Assembly: GCA_043721755.1 (NCBI GenBank)
Contig: JAYSQC010000294.1
Span: 20,839 to 84,838, forward strand
Length of the DNA stretch: 64,000 nt
Origin: Schlesneria sp.
GTDB taxonomy: Bacteria > Planctomycetota > Planctomycetia > Planctomycetales > Planctomycetaceae
Direction: 5' to 3'
The notes beneath the pieces were generated by a model. That model had not been told where the DNA came from and made no database searches. It saw only the letters and a list, made by a program, of their open reading frames with translations. Below are positions 28,960-37,296 of this stretch, one piece after another; position 1 is the stretch's first letter, and every line of letters begins with the position of its first letter. The position numbers and the translations under genes are program-made.

Positions 28960-29364
28960 ATGGCTTTACCAAAAGTAAAAACAAGGAAGCCTCTTCTCGG
29001 TTGTTGGCTTTCGGAACTGATTCAAGCTTCCCGTTTTGTCACACTTAATGAAAATGAAACCGCAAGCGACCTTTTGGGAGATTATGTTGAATATGTGAAA
29101 GACCTTTGTACGGCTGGTGATTATCGTTTTCATCCAATGGTTCAGTGGAACTCCGAGTGTGTTACCACTACTGGAACGAGATACGCTGTTTTGCTGTACC
29201 GCGCTGGCACACCATCGCACATTTATGGGTTCTTGGAGGATTTGTGTAAACGCGACGGAAGGCAGATAGCTGCCTTCCGCGACAACCTGTTTGCGGACGG
29301 AACCGGTTTTACTTGCCCGCCATCGGAATGTGTCGTAATCCAGCGTGCATGGAGGCGGAAATAG
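28960..29364 (+). CDS. Candidate immunity protein for toxin tip 2
   Basis: ATG at 28960 lies 29 nt after the orphan toxin stop (MALPKVKTRKPLLGCW...). The ORF is 134 aa and lower in GC. Confidence 0.45.
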   Translation: MALPKVKTRKPLLGCWLSELIQASRFVTLNENETASDLLGDYVEYVKDLCTAGDYRFHPMVQWNSECVTTTGTRYAVLLYRAGTPSHIYGFLEDLCKRDGRQIAAFRDNLFADGTGFTCPPSECVVIQRAWRRK

Positions 29365-29404
29365 GCTGAGCATATCGCAAGTGGGAATACGGGAATCACT
29401 CGCA

Positions 29405-29480
29405 GCAGTAGTTAGCCGCACGATCTACATCTCTGCCTCTGAGTGCGGGGTCAACGGTTGCGAGAAGGTCTTGGCGGCCG
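29405..29480 (+). pseudogene. Third, degenerate HINT-core remnant
   Basis: It translates as RTIYISASECGVNGCEKVLAA, against GCTIYISVPECGIDGHAQVLTV at about 25580-25645 and GRTIYISVPECGIDGHAKVLAV at about 28165-28230. No intact ORF is present. Confidence 0.45.
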
Positions 29481-29502
29481 GTTTCCTTCTCTTCTCGTTT
29501 TC

Positions 29503-31449
29503 CTACGATTCGGCGAGTTCGAGGTAGGGGTCGAGGCCGAGGGAGTGGCACATTTTGGTGCGGGACTTTTCTTGTTGGAGTTGTTGTTTGCGGTGCTTGA
29601 GGTCGCGGGCTTCGACTGTGCGTTGCGTGCGGTGGAAGGTGCGGAGCCAACGGCGGGGGAGTTCGCCTTGGGAGTTGGGGCGGGCTTGAGCTTGGAGGCG
29701 TTTGAGGTGGGCCGGTTTGAGACAGCGGAACAACTCGTCTTCGAGAGAGAGCCAGAACTGGAATGAGCCGGGGTCGCCTTGCCGGGCGGCGCGGCCGACC
29801 AATTGGCGGTCGATACGGCGGCTGGAGTGCATTTCGGTGGCGATGACGTGCAGTCCGCCATTGGCTCTCACGTCTGCGTGCAGGTGAATGTCGGTGCCTC
29901 GTCCGGCCATGTTCGTCGCGATGGTGACTCGTCCCGGCTGACCGGCTCCCGCCACGATCGCGGCTTCCTGTTCGTGGAACAGGGCGTTGAGAATGTGGCA
30001 GTCGATGCCGAGTTCCTTCAGGCTCTGACCCAACGATTCTGAAGCATGAACGGAAGGGGTGCCGATCAGGATGGCTCGACCTGCGTGATGCAGGCGTTCG
30101 ATCTCGGGGATCAGCGCGGTGCGTTTGGCGGCCTGCGTGGCAAAGACGCGGGGCGAGAGACCGCGTCGGATGCAGGGGCGATGCGTCGGGATGACCGTCG
30201 TTTCCGAGTGGTAGGTTTTTTGGAACTCGCGCCGCGCTGGTAGGCCCGTGCCGGTCATCCCGGCCAGATGCTCGTACCGGCGAAAGAACGTCTGCACGGT
30301 GACGCGAGCCGCTTCGCCCGTTTCATCGGTGATCGGCACGCTCTCCTTCGACTCGACCGCCTGATGGAGTCCCGCCTGCCATTTGCGTCCGTCGAGCGTG
30401 CGTCCGGTCCCTTCATCGACGATGGCGATCTCATCGTCGGCGTTGACGACGTAGTCGCGGCCGCGTTGGAACGCGATCTGTGCCCGCAGCGCCTGCTCGA
30501 CGTAGGTGTAAAGCTTCTCCGTTTCAAAGCCACTGAGTAACGACGGCTTGCGGGCGAGGACGATTTTATGAGTTCCTCGATTGGTCAATTCGATGCTCCG
30601 CTGCGCGGGATCGAACTGATAATCGTGACCCGGTTTTAACTGCCGCGAGACCTCTCCACCCCACTTCAAGAGCGCCGTCGTCGCGTCCGAATTCTTGAGA
30701 TTGAGGCCGATAATGAGCGGTGTTCCGGCGTCGTCGATCAACACGCTGTCGGCTTCGTCGATGAGGGCAAAGTAGTGGCCGCGCTGGACCGGTCCCTGCG
30801 GATCGGGAACGTCGTGTGTGAGGAGTGACGGCCGGGGCGGTTCATCCAGTTTCGAGCCGACTTTCAAACGGTCACGCAGGAAATCGAAGCCGATCTCACG
30901 GCTGGTGGCGTACGTGATGTCCCGCCAATACGCGTGCCGCCGTCCTTCCGGTTCGCTCTCAGACAACACACAGCCGACCGTCAGCCCGAGCCGCTCGTAG
31001 ACTGGCCCCATCTGAGCGCAGTCGCGTTCGGCGAGATAGTCGTTGACGGTGACGACATGGCAGCCGCGTCCCGGCAATGCGCGGAGGAATGTGGGAAGGG
31101 TGGCGGTCAGTGTCTTGCCCTCACCTGTCTGCATTTCGGCCAGCCCCCCTTCAAACAGGGCGATGCCGCCCATGATCTGCACGGGGTAGTGTTGCTGGCC
31201 GAGCACTCGTCGCGAGGACTCACGCACCAGCGCATACGCTTCGGGGAGGAGTGACTTCAACGAAGTTCCCGACTTCGCTAGCCAGCGGACTTCGTTCGAC
31301 CGGCTCCGCAATTCCTCGTCGCTGAAATTGGCCAGCGATTCGGACAGCGTGATGACTTGCGAAGCCAGCCCCCGCCAGCGCGAAACTCGCGCCGCCATCG
31401 GCCGTCCGCCAGTCTTGATCCAGTGCCAGAGGGGATTGAGGAGGGACAT
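29503..31449 (-). CDS. Truncated SecA paralog (SecA2-like ATPase, 648 aa)
   Basis: ATG at 31449. SecA motifs are present: QIMGGIALFEGGLAEMQTGEGKTLTATLP, VVTVNDYLAERD, LIDEADSVLIDDAGTPLII, a PPXD-like VDEGTGRTLDGRKWQAGLHQAVESKE, LAGMTGT, MAGRGTDI and RIDRQLVGRAARQGDPG. It lacks the HWD/CTD part of a housekeeping SecA of about 900 aa. Confidence 0.8.
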   Translation of the reverse strand: MSLLNPLWHWIKTGGRPMAARVSRWRGLASQVITLSESLANFSDEELRSRSNEVRWLAKSGTSLKSLLPEAYALVRESSRRVLGQQHYPVQIMGGIALFEGGLAEMQTGEGKTLTATLPTFLRALPGRGCHVVTVNDYLAERDCAQMGPVYERLGLTVGCVLSESEPEGRRHAYWRDITYATSREIGFDFLRDRLKVGSKLDEPPRPSLLTHDVPDPQGPVQRGHYFALIDEADSVLIDDAGTPLIIGLNLKNSDATTALLKWGGEVSRQLKPGHDYQFDPAQRSIELTNRGTHKIVLARKPSLLSGFETEKLYTYVEQALRAQIAFQRGRDYVVNADDEIAIVDEGTGRTLDGRKWQAGLHQAVESKESVPITDETGEAARVTVQTFFRRYEHLAGMTGTGLPARREFQKTYHSETTVIPTHRPCIRRGLSPRVFATQAAKRTALIPEIERLHHAGRAILIGTPSVHASESLGQSLKELGIDCHILNALFHEQEAAIVAGAGQPGRVTIATNMAGRGTDIHLHADVRANGGLHVIATEMHSSRRIDRQLVGRAARQGDPGSFQFWLSLEDELFRCLKPAHLKRLQAQARPNSQGELPRRWLRTFHRTQRTVEARDLKHRKQQLQQEKSRTKMCHSLGLDPYLELAES

Positions 31450-31499
31450 GGGGGAGGGGCTTGGGGAGTCGGGAATGGGGGGACCAAGGAGCCACGGCT

Positions 31500-31529
31500 G
31501 AAGTCCGGCTTTCGGAAAAGGCGGACTTC
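31500..31529. repeat. REP-like palindrome copy (GAAGTCCGGCTTTCGGAAAAGGCGGACTTC)
   Basis: An imperfect copy of the 15628-15657 element, in the intergenic region between the GAF-HlyD and SecA2-like genes. Confidence 0.45.
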
Positions 31530-31547
31530 TCCACCACCGCACGCTCC

Positions 31548-33653
31548 TTACCACCATAGATATTTTTGGGCGAATTCGATCACGTCGCCGAAGAGGACAT
31601 CGCCGAGACAGGAGGTGCCGCAGCCGATGCGGGCGCGGACTTCGGCTCCGATAGCGCGGACAGGGAGCCGAGTCTTATCGAGCGTGGCCCGGGCTTCGAT
31701 GACGCTGCCTTGTGCTTCGGCGGTGACGGTGCGCGTGGCCAGCGAGTTCAAGTTGGCGAAGTAACTTGCCTCGGATTGTGTGAGCAGTCGGTACTCGATC
31801 GGGAGCTGTTGGAAGGGCGGGTTGAGGGTGGAAGGTCGAGGGTTGAGGGTTGAAGCAGAAGCAGAAGAATGTTCTTGCGTGGAGGCTGGCGCTGGTCGCT
31901 CGACTTTTGTCTCTTGGCTCACAGCAGCCAGTCGCTGCTGTTCGACCAAGATTCGTCCGAGTCGATGCTCGGCCACTTCCAGTTCGAGTTGCCAGTCACC
32001 GGTTTCATCCATCACTTGCAGCAACAAGTCACCCCGTTTGACGGGTCGGTTGAGCAACAGTTGCTGGGCTTGAAACGTCGTCACCACACCGGCCAGCGGT
32101 GCCCGCACCGTCAACCGGGCGAGACGATCCTTGAGCACGGTCGCTTGTTGGGCTGCTCCTTCCACTTCGACCTTGGTTTCCACCGCCTTGGCTTGCAGCT
32201 TGAGTTCTTCATCGCGGTTCCCTTGCCGCGCGACATCATCCCGTTGCGCGATCAGGGTCGAGACCAGCTTGCGCTTTTCATGTAGTTGGTTTTCGACTGT
32301 CACCAATTCGGCGGACAACTCGTCGCTGCGAAGCTGCAAGAGGACTTGGCCCGCTTCGACCCGTTCGCCCCCCTGCACGAGCAGCTCGACCACTTGACCA
32401 TCCCACGGCGCGAAGACCTCGCGCTGGATGACGGGCATCAGGCGACCGGTGGCATCGACGCGATAAGGCCAGGGCACGAGGACCAAGGCCGCACTGACGA
32501 CGATCAGCAGCGCGAGACCCGCCGCCGCGAGAGCCAAGCGCCGGCCACGCAGCCACTCCACGAACCGGCCAATGGCTCGCCACAGCGGGAGCAGAAAGAT
32601 CGCGCTGTGCGTCTTGGCATTGAAGACCGCCGCCGCGATGTGATCGACGGCCGGATCGAGTGTACTCAGCAGTTGAGGCGACGGTGTGCTGCTCTGCATC
32701 TGCTCGATGACCAGTGCTCCCAGCGAGCGGCGCGGTTCGCGCACCGGCTTCGCATGGGCCGAAGTCTCTTCGGGCTTGATGAGTCGTTCTGGTTCGAGCA
32801 GCGGCACCAGGATGAGAAATCGCGCCCCACTTTCTTGGATGAACTCGGCCAGCGGCTGTTCGAGTTGCGGAGGCAGGTTGTCGAACGCACCGTCGTAGCG
32901 CAGCGGCTCACCCGCCGCGATGACCTGTCCGGCCAGAGTTCTCATCGTGCGGATCAGGTTGCCACGCGGATGAACCGACTCTTGACCGCTCACCGCCGTC
33001 ACCACGCTCTTCCGTCCGCGACGCAGCACCAAACTGACCCGATCCACGCCGAACAACAGCCGTCCGTCGTTGACCGCCACGCCCGCCACTTCGTTCACAT
33101 CCAGCGACCGTTGCAGTTGGTGGATGAAACTCAACAAGGCCCGCGCATCGACCGGTCGCGAAACGGGCTGTTGAGGCTCTGCTCCGCTCAGAGAGACCAG
33201 CGGTGGGTGAGGTGCCTGTGCCTGCGGAGCAAGCGTTCCTGCTCGTAACCTCTGGCCCAACTCGACTCCTCGTTGCGCCAGATATTGCAACTGGCCGTCA
33301 CGCTGCTGGGATGGCAACTCCGATTGCTGAGCGATCAGCATCACGCCCTGTTTGTCGCCGGCCCGAAAGGGGCTGAACAACAGCGTCACTTGGCGCTCCC
33401 GAGGAACATCGACCAGAGTCGAAGTCGCGATGGCCAAAGGGCGTCCAGCCTTGAGAGCCTCCGACATTCCGGTGGCCAACAGCGTTCGCACCGATTCAAA
33501 CTCGGCAAGGCCGAGGCGATCCAAGTTGTCACCGGAGATAGGAACCAATTGGTTCGACTCAGCCAGCCAAATGCCGCCGCCGAGAGCTTGAAGCTCAAGA
33601 ACGACGAGCTTTAGGAACTCGGTCCCAGTTCGGAGTTGAACTTCGTCGGGCAT
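31548..33653 (-). CDS. Tandem GAF-like domains + TM helix + HlyD-type periplasmic adaptor
   Basis: ATG at 33653 (MPDEVQLRTGTEFLKL...). There are two GAF-like blocks, a TM helix (LALAAAGLALLIVVSAALVLVPW), then a lipoyl-like/coiled-coil adaptor (APWDGQVVELLVQGGERVEAGQVLLQL...APLAGVVTTF). The 879-aa track ORF would overlap the upstream gene by about 460 nt. Confidence 0.7.
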   Translation of the reverse strand: MPDEVQLRTGTEFLKLVVLELQALGGGIWLAESNQLVPISGDNLDRLGLAEFESVRTLLATGMSEALKAGRPLAIATSTLVDVPRERQVTLLFSPFRAGDKQGVMLIAQQSELPSQQRDGQLQYLAQRGVELGQRLRAGTLAPQAQAPHPPLVSLSGAEPQQPVSRPVDARALLSFIHQLQRSLDVNEVAGVAVNDGRLLFGVDRVSLVLRRGRKSVVTAVSGQESVHPRGNLIRTMRTLAGQVIAAGEPLRYDGAFDNLPPQLEQPLAEFIQESGARFLILVPLLEPERLIKPEETSAHAKPVREPRRSLGALVIEQMQSSTPSPQLLSTLDPAVDHIAAAVFNAKTHSAIFLLPLWRAIGRFVEWLRGRRLALAAAGLALLIVVSAALVLVPWPYRVDATGRLMPVIQREVFAPWDGQVVELLVQGGERVEAGQVLLQLRSDELSAELVTVENQLHEKRKLVSTLIAQRDDVARQGNRDEELKLQAKAVETKVEVEGAAQQATVLKDRLARLTVRAPLAGVVTTFQAQQLLLNRPVKRGDLLLQVMDETGDWQLELEVAEHRLGRILVEQQRLAAVSQETKVERPAPASTQEHSSASASTLNPRPSTLNPPFQQLPIEYRLLTQSEASYFANLNSLATRTVTAEAQGSVIEARATLDKTRLPVRAIGAEVRARIGCGTSCLGDVLFGDVIEFAQKYLWW

Positions 33654-33727
33654 GGTGTGACTTGAAAGAGAACGGGAAAAATGTGAGTGGTCTCGGTTGT
33701 TGGCTGACCGTTGGCTTCCGCCGCAGA

Positions 33728-35953
33728 TCACATTCGGAAGTGGAACGTCCGACGGATGTATCTCCACGCCCAACCGAAGACGGAGCGTTTCGCGGCAATG
33801 AAACGGGCGTTGCCGCGCAGGTTGGGCTTGAGCAGATCGGGCGCTGCGCTGAGGTGAACCGTCGCCTGATAAGCGGCGTCTTCGAGTTGCTCCCTCCCTT
33901 CTTGATCCGTCACGGTGGCGAGCGATCCGCCATGTTTGACCGACAGCGATTCGGGGGCAAAGTCGGATTGCGCCGTCGCAATCTGTGAGATCGTTCCGCG
34001 AAAGACGCGATCGGGCAGATGATCGAACTTCAAACCGACCGGCATTCCCAGCGTCACATCGTGGCGGTCGGCCTGATCGAGATAGAGGAGCGCTTGCATC
34101 GTGCTGGCCGGGGCAATGCTGAGTAAATGCGTCCGTTCGTCGAAGATGCCACCGGCGTTCTTCGCATCCAGCGGCGTGCCGGTCCAACCGACGAGCCGCG
34201 TGCGGAGTTGTTCCAGCTTCGGTGCCGGAATTCTCGGCGGCGCGACGATGGTCCCCGCGCAGGGAGCGACAATTTGCAGATGCTTCCGTTGCGCTGCCAC
34301 CTCGGCCAATTGCTCGTTGACGGAACTCAGGCTCTGCTCGGCCATCGCACGACTGCCGGGATCATCCGTCACTTTGGCGAGATGGAGCGCCTTGCGTTGG
34401 ACCTCATGTGCCACGAGCAGTTGCCGAGAGCGGTCCTCCAGTTTGGGATCAAACAGTTCAGCGAGGAGTTCTCCCGCCGAAACCAGATCACCGGGCTTTA
34501 CGTGAAGTGCCACCAATTCACCGGGCACCTTGGTCAGCACATGCCGCACGCCGTGCGGTTCGATTACGAACGCTGCCGAACCGAACCACGGAACCGGAAC
34601 CGTTCCCAATGCCGCAATCACGGCCAGCAAGACCGTCGCAGTGAGCGCCACACGCCACTTCTTGATCGGATGTTGCCGCGGTACCGCGAACAGTTGATAT
34701 GACTTCATTCCCAATCTCCACACCACACCACACACCGACACGGCCGCCAGAGTTTGACCGACGCTCTGCAACCCATATGGCTTGAGGACCGTATAGAGGA
34801 ACGTCAGGATGCCGAACAGCACGACCCAACCGTAGATCGTGGAAGCCAAGGCGAACAGTGCGAACCAGTGGAGACCGGTCTGCGGCATGAACGGATCGGG
34901 CCGAGGTTCCACGCCGAGACAGACTCGCGCCACCGTCTCTTGAAACAGTTTGTCCGCCTTCTGCCGCAGGTTAGGGATTTCGAGGAAGTCGCCCAGCATG
35001 TAGTAGCCATCGAGTCGCATGAGCGGATTCGCGTTGAAGATCACGGTCGTGGCGGCGGTCACAAAAAACAGGTTCAAGCAGAGGTAATGCAGCAGTCCCG
35101 GTGACGTGAGCCACCAGACGAAGATGGCCGCCGCTGAGAGGACGATTTCAATGATCATTCCCGCCGCGCCGATCAGAATGCGTTTCCATTTGTTCTTGAG
35201 CATCCAAGAGTCCGACACGTCGCAATACAGACACGGACTGCCGACGAGCAGCATCACGCCCATCTCATGACACTCGCTGCCGAACATCTTGCATGACAGC
35301 CCGTGACCGAACTCGTGAATGATCTTCGCCCCGGCCAGCGTCAGCCACAGAAAGATCAGGTTGGGCCAGCCGAAGAACTGGTTGAACGCGGGCAGCCGAC
35401 TCTGAAACGTCTGAAACTGCGTCGCCAACAACGCCCACGAGGCCAGCACGAAGAGACTCGCCAAGAACGCCGTCACGGGATGAAACAGCCATCGCGTCCA
35501 CGGCAGCATTCGCGCCAGCAACGCATCCGGATCCCAGCCCGGCAGTCGCAACGACAGGATGTTGGTTAATACGCTCCAAATTTGTTGTCGCCGTTTCTTC
35601 CGACGCTGTTCGATCCGCGCCATCGCCTGCCCCGGACGAACACCATACGCGAGACCTTTCTGATGCAGGTCGGCCACCAACTGCTGCACATCGGTCAGAG
35701 TGGGGCTGAGTGCGGGGAACTCGCGGATCAATTCGTCGCGGATCGACTCCAGATGCCGCTGCCCGTCGAGCATCTGCCACACGCGATACTGATCGCACCG
35801 CAGCATGTGGTACGTGAGGCCCACCGCATCCTTGACCATGAAGTGCGCGACTCCGCGAAACTCCATCCGCTTAACAATCAGATCGCCCCGCCCGCGCAGC
35901 GGCACCGGGCGCTGCGACGAAGGTGTCTGTTCGGAAGGGAGTGCGAGAGACAT
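33728..35953 (-). CDS. PqqD/RRE-like domain + M50 (site-2 protease) membrane domain + HlyD-type adaptor fusion
   Basis: The N-terminus is YRVWQMLDGQRHLESIRDELIREFPA..LTDVQQLVADLHQKGL (PqqD-like pattern). HEFGHG (HExxH) and NANPLMRLDGYY (S2P NxxPxxxLDG) sit within a multi-TM region. The C-terminus has VPGELVALHVKPGDLVSAGELLAEL, a coiled coil and a barrel. Confidence 0.75.
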   Translation of the reverse strand: MSLALPSEQTPSSQRPVPLRGRGDLIVKRMEFRGVAHFMVKDAVGLTYHMLRCDQYRVWQMLDGQRHLESIRDELIREFPALSPTLTDVQQLVADLHQKGLAYGVRPGQAMARIEQRRKKRRQQIWSVLTNILSLRLPGWDPDALLARMLPWTRWLFHPVTAFLASLFVLASWALLATQFQTFQSRLPAFNQFFGWPNLIFLWLTLAGAKIIHEFGHGLSCKMFGSECHEMGVMLLVGSPCLYCDVSDSWMLKNKWKRILIGAAGMIIEIVLSAAAIFVWWLTSPGLLHYLCLNLFFVTAATTVIFNANPLMRLDGYYMLGDFLEIPNLRQKADKLFQETVARVCLGVEPRPDPFMPQTGLHWFALFALASTIYGWVVLFGILTFLYTVLKPYGLQSVGQTLAAVSVCGVVWRLGMKSYQLFAVPRQHPIKKWRVALTATVLLAVIAALGTVPVPWFGSAAFVIEPHGVRHVLTKVPGELVALHVKPGDLVSAGELLAELFDPKLEDRSRQLLVAHEVQRKALHLAKVTDDPGSRAMAEQSLSSVNEQLAEVAAQRKHLQIVAPCAGTIVAPPRIPAPKLEQLRTRLVGWTGTPLDAKNAGGIFDERTHLLSIAPASTMQALLYLDQADRHDVTLGMPVGLKFDHLPDRVFRGTISQIATAQSDFAPESLSVKHGGSLATVTDQEGREQLEDAAYQATVHLSAAPDLLKPNLRGNARFIAAKRSVFGWAWRYIRRTFHFRM

Positions 35954-35997
35954 GGAATTGGCTTTGGACGTGGAGTATCGACGGTAGGCAAGTGGCC

Positions 35998-36029
35998 GAA
36001 GTCCGGCTTAGCTTTGTCAGCCGGACTTC
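35998..36029. repeat. REP-like palindrome copy (GAAGTCCGGCT-N10-AGCCGGACTTC), with an extra half-site at 36039-36048
   Basis: A perfect 11-bp inverted repeat in the intergenic region between the HlyD adaptor and the M50-HlyD gene. Confidence 0.5.
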
Positions 36030-36086
36030 CTTCGAGGTGCGGACTTCCGCCGATATGGTCTTTTCCCTCTGGCCAAAAGCCAACAG

Positions 36087-37010
36087 CTATTCCGCAAGTT
36101 CAATCACCATCTCGGCCATCAATCCGCCACGCAGGATGTTGTCGCGATTCTCGACTTCCGCCCAGACACGTGTCTCGCGGGTCACGGGATCGACGGTGAC
36201 ATCGACGAACGTCACTCGCCCCACGAACTCTTCGGCGGCGGCGGGAGGACTGAAGTCAGGATCGTTCAGCTTCACACGCACCTTGAGCTTCGGCTTGATC
36301 GCTCGCACATCGGACAGAGCCACACGCCCCTCGATCCGCACGCGGTCGATATTGACCAGCTCCAAAATCGGGTCACCCTGTCGAACGGCTTCGCCGGGAT
36401 GCTTATAGACCCGTGTCACGACGCCCGAGAACGGAGCGATCACCGAATGCGTGGCCAGTTCGGCACGAGCTTGGTCCGCCGTCAGCTTGTTCAACGCGAG
36501 TTCGTTCTCGGCCTGCTCGATCGCCAATACTGTCTTATCGGCCGCGAGCCTTAGCTTTTCGATCTCGAGCTGCGCGACCGCCACCACGGTTTGTTTTCCC
36601 TCCCCCTTCGACTTCGCCGCCGCTTTCTCATTGGCTTCGACGTTCTTCTGATATTCGACCTCGGCCAAGTCGCGGGCTTTCTGGTTGAACCGGACATCGA
36701 CATCGTTCGACGCCTTCTTCTCGGCCACCGCCAAATTGGCGCGAGCCACTTCATCGGCGATCAGCACCACTTGCTGCCTAGCCTCGACCGCGTCTCCTTC
36801 GTGAAATTCGACCGACCTCAACACCCCCGACCGATCGCAGGCTAGAGTCACCTGTCGAATCAACACGATCCGACATTCGGGCACTCGAACATTCTTCGAT
36901 GCCGTCGGCGTGGACGGTTTTTCAGCGGCTGAGGCCACCGAAGTCATGACGACGAACGTGAGTGGCAACAGTAGGGACGGCTTCCGAATGGGCATGGATG
37001 GAGACTTCAA
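36087..37010 (-). CDS. HlyD/MFP-family periplasmic adaptor with a signal peptide
   Basis: The signal-like N-terminus is SLLLPLTFVVMTSVASA. Lipoyl half-motifs are GVLRSVEFHEGDAVEARQQVVLI and APFSGVVTRVYKHPGEAVRQGDPILEL, with a long coiled coil between them. Confidence 0.7.
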   Translation of the reverse strand: MKSPSMPIRKPSLLLPLTFVVMTSVASAAEKPSTPTASKNVRVPECRIVLIRQVTLACDRSGVLRSVEFHEGDAVEARQQVVLIADEVARANLAVAEKKASNDVDVRFNQKARDLAEVEYQKNVEANEKAAAKSKGEGKQTVVAVAQLEIEKLRLAADKTVLAIEQAENELALNKLTADQARAELATHSVIAPFSGVVTRVYKHPGEAVRQGDPILELVNIDRVRIEGRVALSDVRAIKPKLKVRVKLNDPDFSPPAAAEEFVGRVTFVDVTVDPVTRETRVWAEVENRDNILRGGLMAEMVIELAE

Positions 37011-37296
37011 GGGATTGAGATGCGGAAGGGCAATGTGGCGGTCCGTGCGAACCGGATTTCAGAGAGGTCATCGGTGCTCGCGAGACTACTGTCGCCCGTC
37101 ACGGGAGTCGAGCCTCGTTCTGGGCGGCACTGATGCGGTTCGCGATGACAATCCGTCCGCGATCAAGGTAAGCGCCACGCGGAAGGATGTGTCGTGGCGG
37201 TGTCTCGCGATCACAGGCTGTCCGATCAATTCATGTCCCGGCAACGCGCTGCGCGGCAGTTCCCGCCGAAGCTCACCACCTTAACCCACAGCCATA

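Noticed and set aside
32286-33248. 320-aa plus-strand ORF inside the GAF-HlyD gene
   Set aside because: It is antisense to a gene with recognisable adaptor motifs, and its composition is Arg/Gln-rich nonsense.
33654-34187. N-terminal 178-aa extension of the 879-aa track ORF
   Set aside because: It overlaps the 3' end of the M50-HlyD gene by about 460 nt and is Arg-rich. The internal ATG at 33653 leaves a clean 74-nt intergenic gap.
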